This document shows positions 20,922 through 32,072 of a DNA stretch of 64,000 bases, piece by piece. The stretch is from Candidatus Heimdallarchaeota archaeon (lineage in GTDB: Archaea; Asgardarchaeota; Wukongarchaeia; Wukongarchaeales; JBHIFL01), in contig JBHIFL010000010.1 in the NCBI GenBank assembly GCA_046761065.1, positions 1-64,000 on the forward strand, read 5' to 3'. Position numbers and translations under genes: made by a program. The stretch's first letter is position 1; each line of letters starts with the position of its first letter. Under the pieces are notes generated by a model. It was not told the origin of the DNA. It saw only the letters and a program-made list of their open reading frames with translations, and made no database searches.

Positions 20922-21881
20922 TTGACGGAAGATATAATGACTGTTAAAAACTTGAAAAAGCACTTCGAAACCTCTATGGGAACAGTCAAAGCGGTCGATG
21001 GCATCAGTTTTTCAGTGAAATATGGGGAGACCTTCGGACTTGTGGGCGAATCAGGTTCCGGAAAAAGTACCACAGCCTACACCGTTATGGGTTTATACGC
21101 ACCAACCGATGGAGAGATCAATTTTGAAGGTGTCGACCTTTCGACAGGGGTCAAGAAGCGTCCTAAATCCTTAAAGAAGAAGATTCAGATCGTTTTTCAG
21201 GACCCCGGATCGTCTCTGAACCCGAAGAGGACTGTTAAACAGATCCTGGAGCTGCCGATGAAAGTACATGGCATCATTGGGGGTAAAGAGAGTACCGAGA
21301 GAGTAGCAGAGCTACTCAGATTGGTTGAATTACCAGAAGAATACTTGGACAGATACCCACGAGAGCTAGGGGGAGGGGAAAAACAAATTGTGGCGATTGC
21401 AAGGGCTCTTGCTACAAACCCGTCCTTCATAACGTTGGATGAACCCACTTCCGCATTGGACGTCTCCATGCAAGCAAAGATAATCAACATGCTGATTCGA
21501 TTTCAGAAGGATCTCGATTTATCATATCTTTTTATAACTCATAACCTCAGTTTAATGCGTAATGTAGCATCAAGAGTAGCGATCATGTATCTAGGTAAAA
21601 TATGCGAAGTCGCCTCGGCTTCGGAATTCTTCCATAATCCCCTCCATCCTTATACGAGGATGTTGCTTTCCTCTATACCAGTAATCACTAAAGAGGAGGA
21701 GGAACTCAAGCCCAAGAAGATCACATCTATAGGAGAGATCCCAAGCCCGGTTGATGTCCCTCCAGGTTGCAGCTTCCATCCGAGATGTCCGAATAGGATG
21801 GAAATCTGCTCCAAAGAAGACCCTGTGATTGTAGAAACCGAGGCAGGGCATACCGTTAAATGTCATCTTTATTATTCGTAA
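20922..21881 (+). CDS. dppF: ABC ATPase DppF
   Basis: GESGSGKS, DEPTSALD, GCSFHPRC; likely TTG start at 20922 (ORF 20895). Confidence 0.92.
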   Translation: MTEDIMTVKNLKKHFETSMGTVKAVDGISFSVKYGETFGLVGESGSGKSTTAYTVMGLYAPTDGEINFEGVDLSTGVKKRPKSLKKKIQIVFQDPGSSLNPKRTVKQILELPMKVHGIIGGKESTERVAELLRLVELPEEYLDRYPRELGGGEKQIVAIARALATNPSFITLDEPTSALDVSMQAKIINMLIRFQKDLDLSYLFITHNLSLMRNVASRVAIMYLGKICEVASASEFFHNPLHPYTRMLLSSIPVITKEEEELKPKKITSIGEIPSPVDVPPGCSFHPRCPNRMEICSKEDPVIVETEAGHTVKCHLYYS

Positions 21882-21949
21882 ATACCAATCGAATGAGCAA
21901 TAATAGTAGCTTAGATTGTTGTTCAAACTAATCGTAATACAAATACTAT

Positions 21950-22580
21950 CACACTTTGTGTTGCATTCTCAAACCCTTCTTTTTATAGACTGACAGTGAC
22001 TAATAAACTACTTTTCCGAGATTATGACGTGCTAAACAATAACTTAATCGAAGATAACACTATAGCTGTAGGGAAGTATCTGGTTGCGATTATTACCACC
22101 TTTTCAGTGGTCTCTCTATATTATCTAATAACCGCTGTGGAAACAATCACATTAAATAGGGCTGATAGGATCTCTCTCAACTTCATCAAATCATTCCTGA
22201 TTGCACATTTAAACTCCACCAGTGTGGTTAGTCTGATCTCCTTCTTCAGTAGCATAATGAATCGATTAATTGTCTCTATCCTGTTAGGGTTCTTCTCCTT
22301 GATAATGATATTATCTATCATATCCAGCGTTCTATCGATGGTGGAGATTAACCCCTAGTTCATTGTTATGCATTCAGCAGACTTGATATCTAATGTTTTC
22401 GCGTCTTTGGTGGAGGAGATTTTGGTCCTGGGAATAGTGGAAATTGAAATAGACCTTTTGTGGGTGCGAGTTTCACTCCTGAGTTCATACTGGCATGGCA
22501 TTGATGGCTGCATATTCAATATTCTTCTTCTAAGCAAGCTTAGTTTTGTCTAAGGGAAAAATGATGGAAGGACAGATATT
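21950..22580 (+). pseudogene. Degraded ABC-2-type permease fragment
   Basis: Hydrophobic fragments in several frames (I.VGKYL motif; ...GMALMAAYSIFFF*ASLVLSKGKMMEG) broken by stops and frameshifts; boundaries approximate. Confidence 0.5.
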
Positions 22581-23072
22581 CCTGAACTGCTGAGGCCCTA
22601 AATTGCGATATTTAGTATAATTGGGGGGAATATCTAATGATAGGAGGTATTGAAAAGTGATATTTACAAAAAAGATAGGTACAATGATCAAAATGGAACC
22701 TCTCAAATCCCTGTAAATACGATTATAAATGAAAATAAGGTGTAACCAAAAACCTGAAGAAGCGATTGATTAGCTCTATCAGAAAGATTTCATGGGCGTT
22801 AGTTATCATGATATTTCTGACGACATATCTGGGTACTTACTAAACAGGTTTGTGCGTTCCCCTTTTCTAAGAGCGCCCCATCAACCTTTTGAAAACTGTT
22901 TGTAATCTTACTTATAATTTCCGTATAAGGTCGGAAAGGTCCGACAAACCCCCTGTTTCGACCTTTGGCCAAGATACGCCTTATACAAAATTGATATGAT
23001 ATTGCTAGTTGTTTGAAACAAGATATTATCGTTGATACCTGTATTGATGTGGTTTGGTTCGATGAGAAAGAT

Positions 23073-23813
23073 CTATTCTAAGGCTTTCAAGAAGCCATCT
23101 TCCTCTGGCGGGGCTTCATACCCAAACAGCTTGCTATGTGTTAAGCCCATTTTGCGATACAAATCCGCTAGCATCTCAGCATATTTCCATGTCACCACAA
23201 CTGCGTCTAGCACAGGAACTTTAAGGGAATCAATTAGTTCTTTCATGAATCCCGCTTCAGCGGTACAGCCTAATACAATGGCTTCCGCCCCGTCCTGTTC
23301 AATTGCGTTCCGTGCTTCGCGTTTTATTGCGGCTTTCAATTGTTCGGGTTCACTGCCCATTCGCGGAACGGTAAAGTCTATCACCCGAAATGATGCCAGG
23401 TTTTTCTCCAGTCCATACAGATAGACATTACTCTCCATTTTAGGGATCCACTTTCTTCTCCCTACGATTATAGAAAACTTATGGCCCAATGTCGATGCAA
23501 TATGCATACAAGTCTCTGCCGGCGCGACTACTGGTATTCGTACGAGTTCCCGGGCTTCTCGCAAACCTGGATCATAAAAACAGCCGATACAAACCGTATC
23601 AAATCCTTCTTTATCCGCTTTTTTTACCCATCGAAGAGTCCCATGCAAGTTTAGATGCTCATAGTAGTGATATTCTACGTGGCTTGGCCCTTCTTCTTCG
23701 ATAGAAACCACAGTTGCTTCTACATCTGACCTCTTTATCCCATTTATTGTACTTAACATGTGTTCATCAAAAATATTGGGGTAAATTGGATTTATCCACA
23801 TTATTTTAAGCAT
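23073..23813 (-). CDS. Asp/Glu/hydantoin racemase family protein
   Basis: INP, two catalytic Cys motifs IGCFYDPG and VLGCT; GGTGGTGA RBS before ATG 23813. Confidence 0.9.
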   Translation of the reverse strand: MLKIMWINPIYPNIFDEHMLSTINGIKRSDVEATVVSIEEEGPSHVEYHYYEHLNLHGTLRWVKKADKEGFDTVCIGCFYDPGLREARELVRIPVVAPAETCMHIASTLGHKFSIIVGRRKWIPKMESNVYLYGLEKNLASFRVIDFTVPRMGSEPEQLKAAIKREARNAIEQDGAEAIVLGCTAEAGFMKELIDSLKVPVLDAVVVTWKYAEMLADLYRKMGLTHSKLFGYEAPPEEDGFLKALE

Positions 23814-23858
23814 AGTTTCACCACCATCCGGTATTTTAATAAGCAATTTTTATGTGTT

Positions 23859-24656
23859 ATGATGAAAAATTCTATGGCTTTGTCAGAAAAGTTTTACAAA
23901 AAACTAGATGGATGCTTCATATTGAAGGTGTGGAATAAATCATTCGAGGACCTTAAATCACATCACTTCTCTGGATCGGCTTATGTAGCTTTTGTAATTG
24001 CTTTAGTAATTGATTTTGAAGACAAGTATTTTATTCCTCGATTATTTTCTCACCCAGATCGTTCTGCACTTATTATGGGATCCGTAGTTTCAGGACTCGT
24101 TATTATTCTTTATATAATTCTCTACAAAAGGACAAAATGTGAATTATTCCCCCCGTTCATTCTAAGAAAGGGCGAACGTAAAAGAGATCGGGCAATAGGA
24201 ACCTTGATCCTAATAATCCTCGGGTTATATCTCCCACTTACATTTTTACTTTCCTCCCGATTTGATCTTTTTTTTCCACTCTTAAGAAAATCCTACTTCA
24301 GAGGGCTGTACTTGGCTCCTCTAAGTGAAGAATTTATCTGCCGAGTCTTGTTGCCCTATGCGTTTCTTTTCGCTTTTGTGAAAATTCCCCGGTTTGCGAA
24401 TCAAGAGATATGGGGACTACCTCTTCCTCTGGTAGTAGGCCATATCCTCTCTGCCCTTATTTTTTCATTTGTACATTCACCCGTGCTTATAGGCCCCTAT
24501 TTTGATTTTAATTTATTTATACGGCTTTTTTCTCATGGGATCGTCTTTTCATGCGTTTTCATGCTGTTATTAGCTGTATCTGATTCAACAACAGGATTTG
24601 CAGGTGCGGCTTTAGCGCATCAATATATAAACTGGAGATTAAAAGCTCTCTTGTAG
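23859..24656 (+). CDS. CPBP (Abi/CAAX protease-like) intramembrane glutamic protease
   Basis: Intact EEFICR, FSFVH and AHQYIN motifs; start uncertain (23859-23928). Confidence 0.72.
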   Translation: MMKNSMALSEKFYKKLDGCFILKVWNKSFEDLKSHHFSGSAYVAFVIALVIDFEDKYFIPRLFSHPDRSALIMGSVVSGLVIILYIILYKRTKCELFPPFILRKGERKRDRAIGTLILIILGLYLPLTFLLSSRFDLFFPLLRKSYFRGLYLAPLSEEFICRVLLPYAFLFAFVKIPRFANQEIWGLPLPLVVGHILSALIFSFVHSPVLIGPYFDFNLFIRLFSHGIVFSCVFMLLLAVSDSTTGFAGAALAHQYINWRLKALL

Positions 24657-24911
24657 ATTTTTTTTACAACATAAGCTAAAACACCTGAATAGCACTGAAT
24701 CCAGGGTTTATCCATTCAATTGACTCTGGCGGATTGATTCCCGATGGAGTTACTTCCAAGAATAGCGTTCCCCGTGTTCCCGCCATTTCATCTGTTCCAG
24801 GCACCATCGGCTAAAAAAGAAAAGGGTAAAACTCTTTCATATTTTGGTTGGAATTTTAGATAACTATCATGCGTGTCTACAACAAGCTAAAAACTGCAAT
24901 AATCATTTTTA

Positions 24912-25229
24912 TTATTCGGTAGTTAAATATTTCTTTTTTAGTTCTTTTGCAAACTTATCTACGATTTCCTCAATTGCTTGTGTAAATCCTTCGACACTAT
25001 ACATGACAAGAAACTTCTTCTCATCTACTATGTCTTTGATTTCATAAAGAAATGAGTCCTCGTCTAACCCCTCAGTATACTTTGGCAGATCTACAAGTTT
25101 GCTTAACGCGTCAAGAAGTCTGAATGGCCCATATAATGGGGGTTCTTCGATACAGTTCCGCGCACTTGTCGCAAGAAAAACCGCAATTTCGAAAAGAAAC
25201 TCATTTCCACTCGGCTTTGTTTCTTCCAT
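24912..25229 (-). CDS. DUF6092-like small helical protein
   Basis: FLATSARNC..EPPLYGPFRLLDA pattern; follows the nitroreductase after 2 bp. Confidence 0.65.
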   Translation of the reverse strand: MEETKPSGNEFLFEIAVFLATSARNCIEEPPLYGPFRLLDALSKLVDLPKYTEGLDEDSFLYEIKDIVDEKKFLVMYSVEGFTQAIEEIVDKFAKELKKKYLTTE

Positions 25230-25231
25230 AT

Positions 25232-25777
25232 TTAACCCTCCAGATTAGGAAATTTTCCCCCATACTTGTTTAAATAGACGATCTCTGTTAGAGCGGTGCG
25301 GGTTGGCGGCTTCGGTATTTGTTCTGGGTACCCGATCATCACTAAAAGTTCCGGTTCGATATCATTTGGTATCTCGAGGATTTCTTTTATCGCCGTGTAG
25401 GAAAAAGACTTCACGACACATGTTCCTAATCCTAGTGCATATGCAGCCAAGAGAATGTTCTGGCATGCCATCGCACAGTCTGCAACTGATAAGTAATCAC
25501 GTCCTAAAACGCCTCCAACTTTGTACGCTTTTTCTTTATCCGAACAGATAAGTATTGCTAGAGGAACCTGACCTAAGTAACCCGGTGATATTTTACGTGT
25601 TAGCTCGAGGACTTTTGGATCCTCCAAAACGATGAATTGCCAAGGCTGAATATTGCCGCCTGATGGAGCCCACTGAGCTGCCTCCAATAGCTTCTTTATT
25701 AATTCCCTTTCAACAGGTTTTTTGTTATATTTCCTAACGCTTCTGCGCCCTTTTATAGCCTCAAAGACTTCCATCAT
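25232..25777 (-). CDS. Nitroreductase family protein
   Basis: RRSVRKY, APSGGNIQPW, QNILLAA.ALGLGTC, IGYP. Confidence 0.92.
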   Translation of the reverse strand: MMEVFEAIKGRRSVRKYNKKPVERELIKKLLEAAQWAPSGGNIQPWQFIVLEDPKVLELTRKISPGYLGQVPLAILICSDKEKAYKVGGVLGRDYLSVADCAMACQNILLAAYALGLGTCVVKSFSYTAIKEILEIPNDIEPELLVMIGYPEQIPKPPTRTALTEIVYLNKYGGKFPNLEG

Positions 25778-25939
25778 CTATATACTCCTTGATTAGATGA
25801 TGATACGACCTTGTGACGCCTTAAAAAAGTTTCTCATAAACTTGGTATATTCAAAATCACTCTAAATAGTATAAATAATAAATAGCTCATTATTAGGAAC
25901 TTTTTTTCTTAATTAGGAGGTAGTTAAGTTTAGAGTGGA

Positions 25940-26797
25940 TTATTCATAATCTTCAATGTAAAATTTTCCTTCAATGAATTCACAGGGCACCCCTAATTGC
26001 CTAAAATATTCAACTAAGGCCATACAGGCGAATTTTTCTGTCGGGTAATGGGTTGCCGCAATTATATTGATTTTATATTTCTTTGCAAGCTCATGGAATT
26101 CGATTGATGGAGAAAATTCTTTTACTGGTTTAGTGACTCCTGTTATATAGACATTAACTCCTAATCTTACAACTTCTTTGATAATAAATGGCATATTTCC
26201 CCCTCCTCCGACTACACAGACTTTCTGATCAGAAATTTCCTGATCCCCGTAATTCCAAACTTTAACTTTGTGACCAACTGTTTCTTGTAATGCTTGTTTC
26301 AGGGAATCAATCGTTTTATTATTGGTTCTTCCAATTATCCCAACTTTTACCCCCATATATTCACAAAACTCCCCAAAGAGTTCAAGTTTTAGCGCGTTTG
26401 CAAGGGTTCTTGCTGTGGAATATTTCCCATTTTTATCAAGAGGGTGATACAACACATAAAACGAGATTTTTCGCTTCTTAAGTTCTAAATAATACTTGTC
26501 AGGGATTGGTCTAAATGGGAACCCATCGAGACGAGGATCCCAAATCATTGCGTGATGGGAAACAAGTAAAGCATTTGATACTCGTTTCTCAAGTAGTTCC
26601 TTTAGAACTATCTCATCTGGAAAGGTTGCCGAATAAACGTGGTTTATAATGTGGGAATTATCAAGCATAATCCCCATATAGCGTTCTAAAAACTGGTCAC
26701 TTATGTATTCATTCTTGGGGAGCATGCTCCATTCATCAGTGATGGATTCTAGTTCGAAATCATCATCGAGCCTTTTGTACAAATACATTGCATCCAT
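25940..26797 (-). CDS. Nif3-like dinuclear metal-centre protein
   Basis: SHH, HPLD, YITG, THYPTE motifs; likely start MDAMY at 26797. Confidence 0.82.
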   Translation of the reverse strand: MDAMYLYKRLDDDFELESITDEWSMLPKNEYISDQFLERYMGIMLDNSHIINHVYSATFPDEIVLKELLEKRVSNALLVSHHAMIWDPRLDGFPFRPIPDKYYLELKKRKISFYVLYHPLDKNGKYSTARTLANALKLELFGEFCEYMGVKVGIIGRTNNKTIDSLKQALQETVGHKVKVWNYGDQEISDQKVCVVGGGGNMPFIIKEVVRLGVNVYITGVTKPVKEFSPSIEFHELAKKYKINIIAATHYPTEKFACMALVEYFRQLGVPCEFIEGKFYIEDYE

Positions 26798-27131
26798 AAA
26801 CCTGACCTCTTTGAGTTTTTGAAAAAATATTAGGTTACAATGCACTGAAATTTAATCTCATTCCTAATTGATTATTGAAGAGCCCTTGAATTATGCAGCC
26901 ATTTTTCTAAGTGAAGCGGCTAAAAAGGCGATATTTGAGACCAGGGCAGAAATCAAGGAGTAAACCACTGTCTCAAGTATGAGATACTAATCAAAATACA
27001 TGTAAGGGGATTTCGGTGCAAATAAGACTTTGATTTGTGTGTATACACTGTTGTATCTGTTCAATCGTGGTATAAATGATGATAAAAATGTCAACACAAT
27101 TGGCTTAATTTTGTATAATATTTTTGGGTTG

Positions 27132-28862
27132 TTACGTGCCTTTCCTTTTCCTGAGCTCCTGCGTTCTTTGCCTGTCGATCTCCAACGTGTTCGGGTTGAT
27201 TACCACTCCATAAATGTTTTGTGCATCCTCCAACGAGATATATTCATTTTTTACGTCCCATCGCACACGTTCAGGATCCCGCGTCAGGGCGTCACCCCAT
27301 CCACCACCCCCTCCGGTCCGTAGGCTTACCATATCACCTTTTTCCATTTTAAAAGCTGCTATATTTTTTGTCCTCCGCTCTTCATCTTTCGTATAGATTA
27401 CCGCGTAGTTAGGGGTTCCATGCATCCCCTCAGCCGCACCCCAACATGGGTACTTACTCCTTCCAGCTGTTACGGTCAAGCTAGCTTCGCTGCAGAGAAC
27501 CCGGTAATTCCTCACGACGCCAAAGCCACCTCGAAATTTTCCATGGCCGCAGCCATCTTTAGTGTTTAATTCGTATTTCTCCACTATGATAGGTGAGATA
27601 CGCTCATAAACTTCTGTAGGCGCTATGTAGGTTTCTCCATCGGCACATGCTACTAAACCGCTCTCTCCATCCATATTGTAGCCTGCGCCCCAACCACCGG
27701 GTTGTGGTTCAACGATGGCAAACGGTTCGCCTTTGTCATCAACCCCTCCTAAGATCGTGGCTTCTATCGAGAGAAAATGACCTGCAGTCAGCATATCTGG
27801 CACGTGGGGGGCCATCGCTTTCCAGACGAGGTCCGCGGCATACGATAAAGCCTCCCAGAAGGTTGAGGTTGGAGCCGGTCTCTCAGGATTAAAGACGGAG
27901 CCTTTCGGGGCGATGACTTCGAGGGGGGAGAAAAATCCCCCATTTGGATGGGCATGTGGATCTAATAGCGCCATATAGGTCTCTCGAACCGCAGAGACTG
28001 TTGAGGGGTAGGGGGAGTTTATTGAGCCTTTTGACTGTCCACTCCCGGTGAAATCGACGGTGAACCTCTCATCGGTCACCTGGATCTCTGCTTTGACTGG
28101 AATCGGGTCATCTGTTATCCCGTCATCGTCGATCCAGTCTTCCGCTGTGAAAGTGCCCTTCGGGAGCTCTTGGAGCTTCAATTTGGCATATTTCTCTCCG
28201 TCATCTTGCAGGGTTTGCATGGTTTGGAGTACTGTCTCAAGGCCGTATTTCTTCACGAGTTTTGTGACTCTTCGTCCTGCGACACGCATTGATGCCACTT
28301 GAGCATACATGTCCCCTAGTGCAAAATCGGGTAGCCTACTATTATATTCAATAATGTCAATGACATTTCGGTTTGGTTCCCCTTTTACGTAAAGCTTCAC
28401 ACATGGCAGCTGTGTGCCTTCCTGATAAATCTCCGTGGAATCGGAGGTCCAGCTTCCGAAGTGCATCCCACCGACTTCTGTCCAGTGCCCTTTTGCAGCT
28501 GCGAACCCTAACCGTTGATGTTCATAGAAAATAGGCATAACAAGAGTCACATCATTTAAATGCGTCCCCGAGTCGTAAGGTACATTGCTGACGAACACAT
28601 CTCCTGGATGGATATTGTCTCTCCATTTCTTTACCACCTCGGCTGCTGTAAAATCCAGCACTCCAGTGAAAGCGGGGATGCCTGGTGCTAACGTAACCAA
28701 ATTTTCCCCACTGGCGTCGATAATGGCTACCCCGAAGTCCAATACCTCGTAGATTACTGGGCTTTTGGCGGTACGCCCCCACGAGTAAAACATCTCCTCG
28801 GCAGCGACCATCAGACCATTCTTTATGATTTCCAGCTCGAAGGGGGAGATATTTCCACTCAT
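27132..28862 (-). CDS. hyuB: Hydantoinase B / 5-oxoprolinase B subunit (copy 1)
   Basis: TAKSPVIYEVLD, GTHLND, KGHW, EIYQEG, GGGGGWGD. Confidence 0.9.
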   Translation of the reverse strand: MSGNISPFELEIIKNGLMVAAEEMFYSWGRTAKSPVIYEVLDFGVAIIDASGENLVTLAPGIPAFTGVLDFTAAEVVKKWRDNIHPGDVFVSNVPYDSGTHLNDVTLVMPIFYEHQRLGFAAAKGHWTEVGGMHFGSWTSDSTEIYQEGTQLPCVKLYVKGEPNRNVIDIIEYNSRLPDFALGDMYAQVASMRVAGRRVTKLVKKYGLETVLQTMQTLQDDGEKYAKLKLQELPKGTFTAEDWIDDDGITDDPIPVKAEIQVTDERFTVDFTGSGQSKGSINSPYPSTVSAVRETYMALLDPHAHPNGGFFSPLEVIAPKGSVFNPERPAPTSTFWEALSYAADLVWKAMAPHVPDMLTAGHFLSIEATILGGVDDKGEPFAIVEPQPGGWGAGYNMDGESGLVACADGETYIAPTEVYERISPIIVEKYELNTKDGCGHGKFRGGFGVVRNYRVLCSEASLTVTAGRSKYPCWGAAEGMHGTPNYAVIYTKDEERRTKNIAAFKMEKGDMVSLRTGGGGGWGDALTRDPERVRWDVKNEYISLEDAQNIYGVVINPNTLEIDRQRTQELRKRKGT

Positions 28863-28867
28863 CCACT

Positions 28868-30916
28868 TTACCTCGTGATTATAAGATTGCCGAACTTATC
28901 GACCGAAGCTTTCTGATTATGAAGGACGATGATTGTCGCAGTTGGGTCTTCTAATACCGCAGGACCGCGGAGTATAGTCTCTCTAGTCAATATGGTTCGG
29001 TCATAGATCGGTATTGTCTCATAACCGCCGTTAATGTAGATGTTTCTTTCAGTTAGAAGCGCGTCCTTGAGATTGAAGCTTTGTTCAGGTAATTCACTGA
29101 GTTCCAGTTTTTTAACTCGTCGCATCCCCACAACTTGATAGTTGACGATCTCCACAAGGGCTCCGGTCAATCTGAATGCATATTCTCTCTCATGAGCTTG
29201 ATGGAAGCTCTCGATGATAGTGTTCAGGTCATCTTTCGTGAGAGCTCCACTAGAGATGGGTATCCTAACTGTGTGCTCTTGGCCATAATATCTGATATCA
29301 GCGTATCTTTCGATGATGGAACTCTCTAAGCCCTCTGAACGAAAGACTTCATGAATCTCGGCCTCTAACTCGCCGTAGATTTTATTCAATGTCGCATCGG
29401 CGTCAGGTGCGTCTAATCTGGTGATGTGCGTGAAGATTGTGCTGTGACGAACGTCGGTATTCAACATGCCCCACGCGGAGAATACACCAGGTGGGATCGA
29501 TGGGACAATGATCTTCCCTATCTCCAACTCCTCCGCTATGAAGGGCGCGAACATGGGGCCGGAGCCCCCATACGCGATCAATGCGAAGTCTCTCGGATCG
29601 TAGCCCCTCTGAATAGACACAAGATTTATCGCGTAAGCGGCGTTATCGTTTGCCAGTTGGATGATTCCTTCTGCAGCCTCCTCGACACTGACATTAAGCT
29701 GGTCTGCTATCCCCTGTATAGCCTTCACGGCCAGGTCACGGTGGATTGTAAGCTCACCACCTAGGAGGTATTCAGGGTTTAAAAGCCCTGTAACAACATA
29801 AGCGTCAGTAAGAGTTGGCTCTTCCCCGCCGCGGCCATAGCTCACGGGACCTGGATCAGCCCCAGCGGCTTTTGGACCCACCCGCGCTCTGCCGACATCA
29901 TCTATCCACGCAATACTGGTTCCCCCGTTTCCAATTTCCATCGTTCTAATTACAGGAACCATAATGGGATAGCCCGGCCTAAAACGGTTCCGTTCCACAT
30001 GGTATTCAGTTGTGATCTCTGGTATAAGGTCTTCGACCAACGAAGTCTTGGTGGTCGTGCTGCCTCCATCTAAAGCGATGATGTTGCGTTCGCCGAGGAT
30101 GCTGGCGACACCCATAGCTGCTATCACACCTGCAACGGGCCCCGATTCTATTGTATAAATGGGAAATCTGCGCGCGTACTCGAAGGGAACCATTCCGCCT
30201 TCAGATACCATGGCCATGCAGGGTGTAGCGTCCTTAACTAACGAGCTTTGAAGTGTTTTCAGGTATTTATCAAGGATTGGTAGGACATAGGCGTTGAGGG
30301 TGGCTGTGGAGAACCGTTCGTACTCTCTCCACTCCCGCGTGACCTCATGGGATAGCACGATGGGTACGTCAACGAGATCTTTAATGATCGCTCCCGCTCT
30401 ACGCTCGTGTTCAGGAGATGCATATGAATTGAGAAAAGCCACGCAGATGGCTTCACCGCCCTCTCCAACGAGTTTTTTAGCAGCCTCAGCCACTTGTTCC
30501 TCGTTAAGATCTGTGAGTATGGTTCCATCTGCCATAGTTCTTTCATCAATCTCTAGGCGGAGGAATCTCGGAACTAATGATTCTGGCTTTTTATACCGGA
30601 AATTATACATATCTCGCCTATTGGCTCTCTGGAGTTCGAGCACGTCTCTATGACCCTTTGTCGTGATCAGTCCCACTTTCACACCTTTTCGCTCTATGAT
30701 AGTGTTTATGACGACGGTTTGGCCATGGATTATCTGCTCGAACTCTTCAAGGGGAATACCGCTCCTCGTTACACAATCTATAACGCCTATAGAGAGATCT
30801 TTGGGGGTGCTCTCTACTTTAACCCATTTAAGTTCCTTTGTAGACGCATCATATCCTACGAGGTCGGTAAACGCCCCTCCAATATCTATTCCTATCCTAA
30901 ATGAGCTCATATCCAA
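28868..30916 (-). CDS. hyuA: Hydantoinase A / oxoprolinase ATP-binding subunit (copy 1)
   Basis: DIGGAFTD, GLITTKG.RD, ESGPVAG, VGP..AGADPGP, AYGGSGP. Confidence 0.9.
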   Translation of the reverse strand: MDMSSFRIGIDIGGAFTDLVGYDASTKELKWVKVESTPKDLSIGVIDCVTRSGIPLEEFEQIIHGQTVVINTIIERKGVKVGLITTKGHRDVLELQRANRRDMYNFRYKKPESLVPRFLRLEIDERTMADGTILTDLNEEQVAEAAKKLVGEGGEAICVAFLNSYASPEHERRAGAIIKDLVDVPIVLSHEVTREWREYERFSTATLNAYVLPILDKYLKTLQSSLVKDATPCMAMVSEGGMVPFEYARRFPIYTIESGPVAGVIAAMGVASILGERNIIALDGGSTTTKTSLVEDLIPEITTEYHVERNRFRPGYPIMVPVIRTMEIGNGGTSIAWIDDVGRARVGPKAAGADPGPVSYGRGGEEPTLTDAYVVTGLLNPEYLLGGELTIHRDLAVKAIQGIADQLNVSVEEAAEGIIQLANDNAAYAINLVSIQRGYDPRDFALIAYGGSGPMFAPFIAEELEIGKIIVPSIPPGVFSAWGMLNTDVRHSTIFTHITRLDAPDADATLNKIYGELEAEIHEVFRSEGLESSIIERYADIRYYGQEHTVRIPISSGALTKDDLNTIIESFHQAHEREYAFRLTGALVEIVNYQVVGMRRVKKLELSELPEQSFNLKDALLTERNIYINGGYETIPIYDRTILTRETILRGPAVLEDPTATIIVLHNQKASVDKFGNLIITR

Positions 30917-31026
30917 CAGTCTGAAGGATAGAATTTTAAATTTTTTCCAAAATCGCGAAAACTACGAACCAACAAGAATATAGTTTAGTGAGTATTAGCT
31001 TGATAAATGAGTGAGCAAAGTATACT

Positions 31027-31845
31027 GTGGAGAAAGACGTGATGAATGAAGAGATCCTAGTAGGTAAGGAAATAAAACTCAATAATGCGGTTATGATTAT
31101 GGGCTTAGGAGGGTGGGGGAATGCTGGAGAGGTCTCAACCTTCGCAGTCAAGTATTTAACAGAGAAGTTGAGTGCCAAAAAATTTGGAGAGATTCCATCT
31201 GAAAGATTTCACAGTTATTTGATTCATAGGCCGATAGTATCAATAAACCACGGCATAATCGAATCATACATTCCTCCAAGAAATGATCTTTTCTATTGGA
31301 AAACGAACGAAAACGTTGACCTGGTTCTACTCTACGGTCACGAGCCGCACCTCTATTGGACGAAGTATATCAAGACTGTGATCAGAATAGCCACAGAAAC
31401 AGGTGTTGAACGGATATACACAATAGGAGGGTTTCTCGCAGACATTTACCATGATCGTGAGACGCCAATCGCAGCTTCAACAAACAATGAGCAGCTCTTA
31501 GCCAGATTGGAAGAGACGGGCATCGAGCTTACAAATTACAAGGGTCCAACCAGCATATACAGCGAGTTGATGTGGGAAGCAAGAGAAAAGATTGATGTGA
31601 TAAGCTTGTGGTGTGCTGTTCCAATTTATATTAAGGGATTATACCCAAAGGCTGCGTATGATATGTTAAATAAGCTTGCAAAACTGATTGGGCTAGAACT
31701 AGATCTGAAGGACCTTGAAGAGAAGGTTAAATCCTTTAAGGTCCAGCTTGAGGGAGAAGGCATGGACCCAGATCAGTTGCGCGATCTCATTAACAAAATA
31801 AGGCGAAGAAGCGACAGAAAAGATGAACCAACGTACTTTGTTTAA
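31027..31845 (+). CDS. PAC2-family proteasome assembly chaperone
   Basis: G.GGWGNAGEVS, G.EP.L.W, IYTIGG, LW.AVP.Y, PKAA. Confidence 0.85.
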   Translation: MEKDVMNEEILVGKEIKLNNAVMIMGLGGWGNAGEVSTFAVKYLTEKLSAKKFGEIPSERFHSYLIHRPIVSINHGIIESYIPPRNDLFYWKTNENVDLVLLYGHEPHLYWTKYIKTVIRIATETGVERIYTIGGFLADIYHDRETPIAASTNNEQLLARLEETGIELTNYKGPTSIYSELMWEAREKIDVISLWCAVPIYIKGLYPKAAYDMLNKLAKLIGLELDLKDLEEKVKSFKVQLEGEGMDPDQLRDLINKIRRRSDRKDEPTYFV

Positions 31846-32072
31846 TAGATCCCTAAATCAATACCTCGCTCAATCTCCCTCTTTTAAGTGTACAAGTGCC
31901 CTTGGCGAGGAAACATGTCCACACCACCAATGATGTATGTTACATGGCCCGCATTACGAATCTTATAGAGATGAGGAATGCTTTTAGCTTCATATCATAT
32001 ATCTACTAACTTGCACGAACAATAAAATTTGGAGAAGGAAATGACGCTAAGAGGTTTTTACAAGAATTGAGC

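Noticed and set aside
15350-23880. Shared 11-mer ttctatggctt upstream of the M29-like and racemase genes
   Set aside because: Short, non-palindromic, flanks unrelated; plausible by chance.
11898-24656. ICMT-like plus CAAX-protease-like genes as a eukaryote-style prenylation pathway
   Set aside because: They are more than 11 kb apart, both families are widespread in prokaryotes, and no prenyltransferase is seen.
24678-24809. 43-codon minus-strand ORF (MVPGTDEM...) in an intergenic gap
   Set aside because: No RBS or recognisable motif; cannot be supported.
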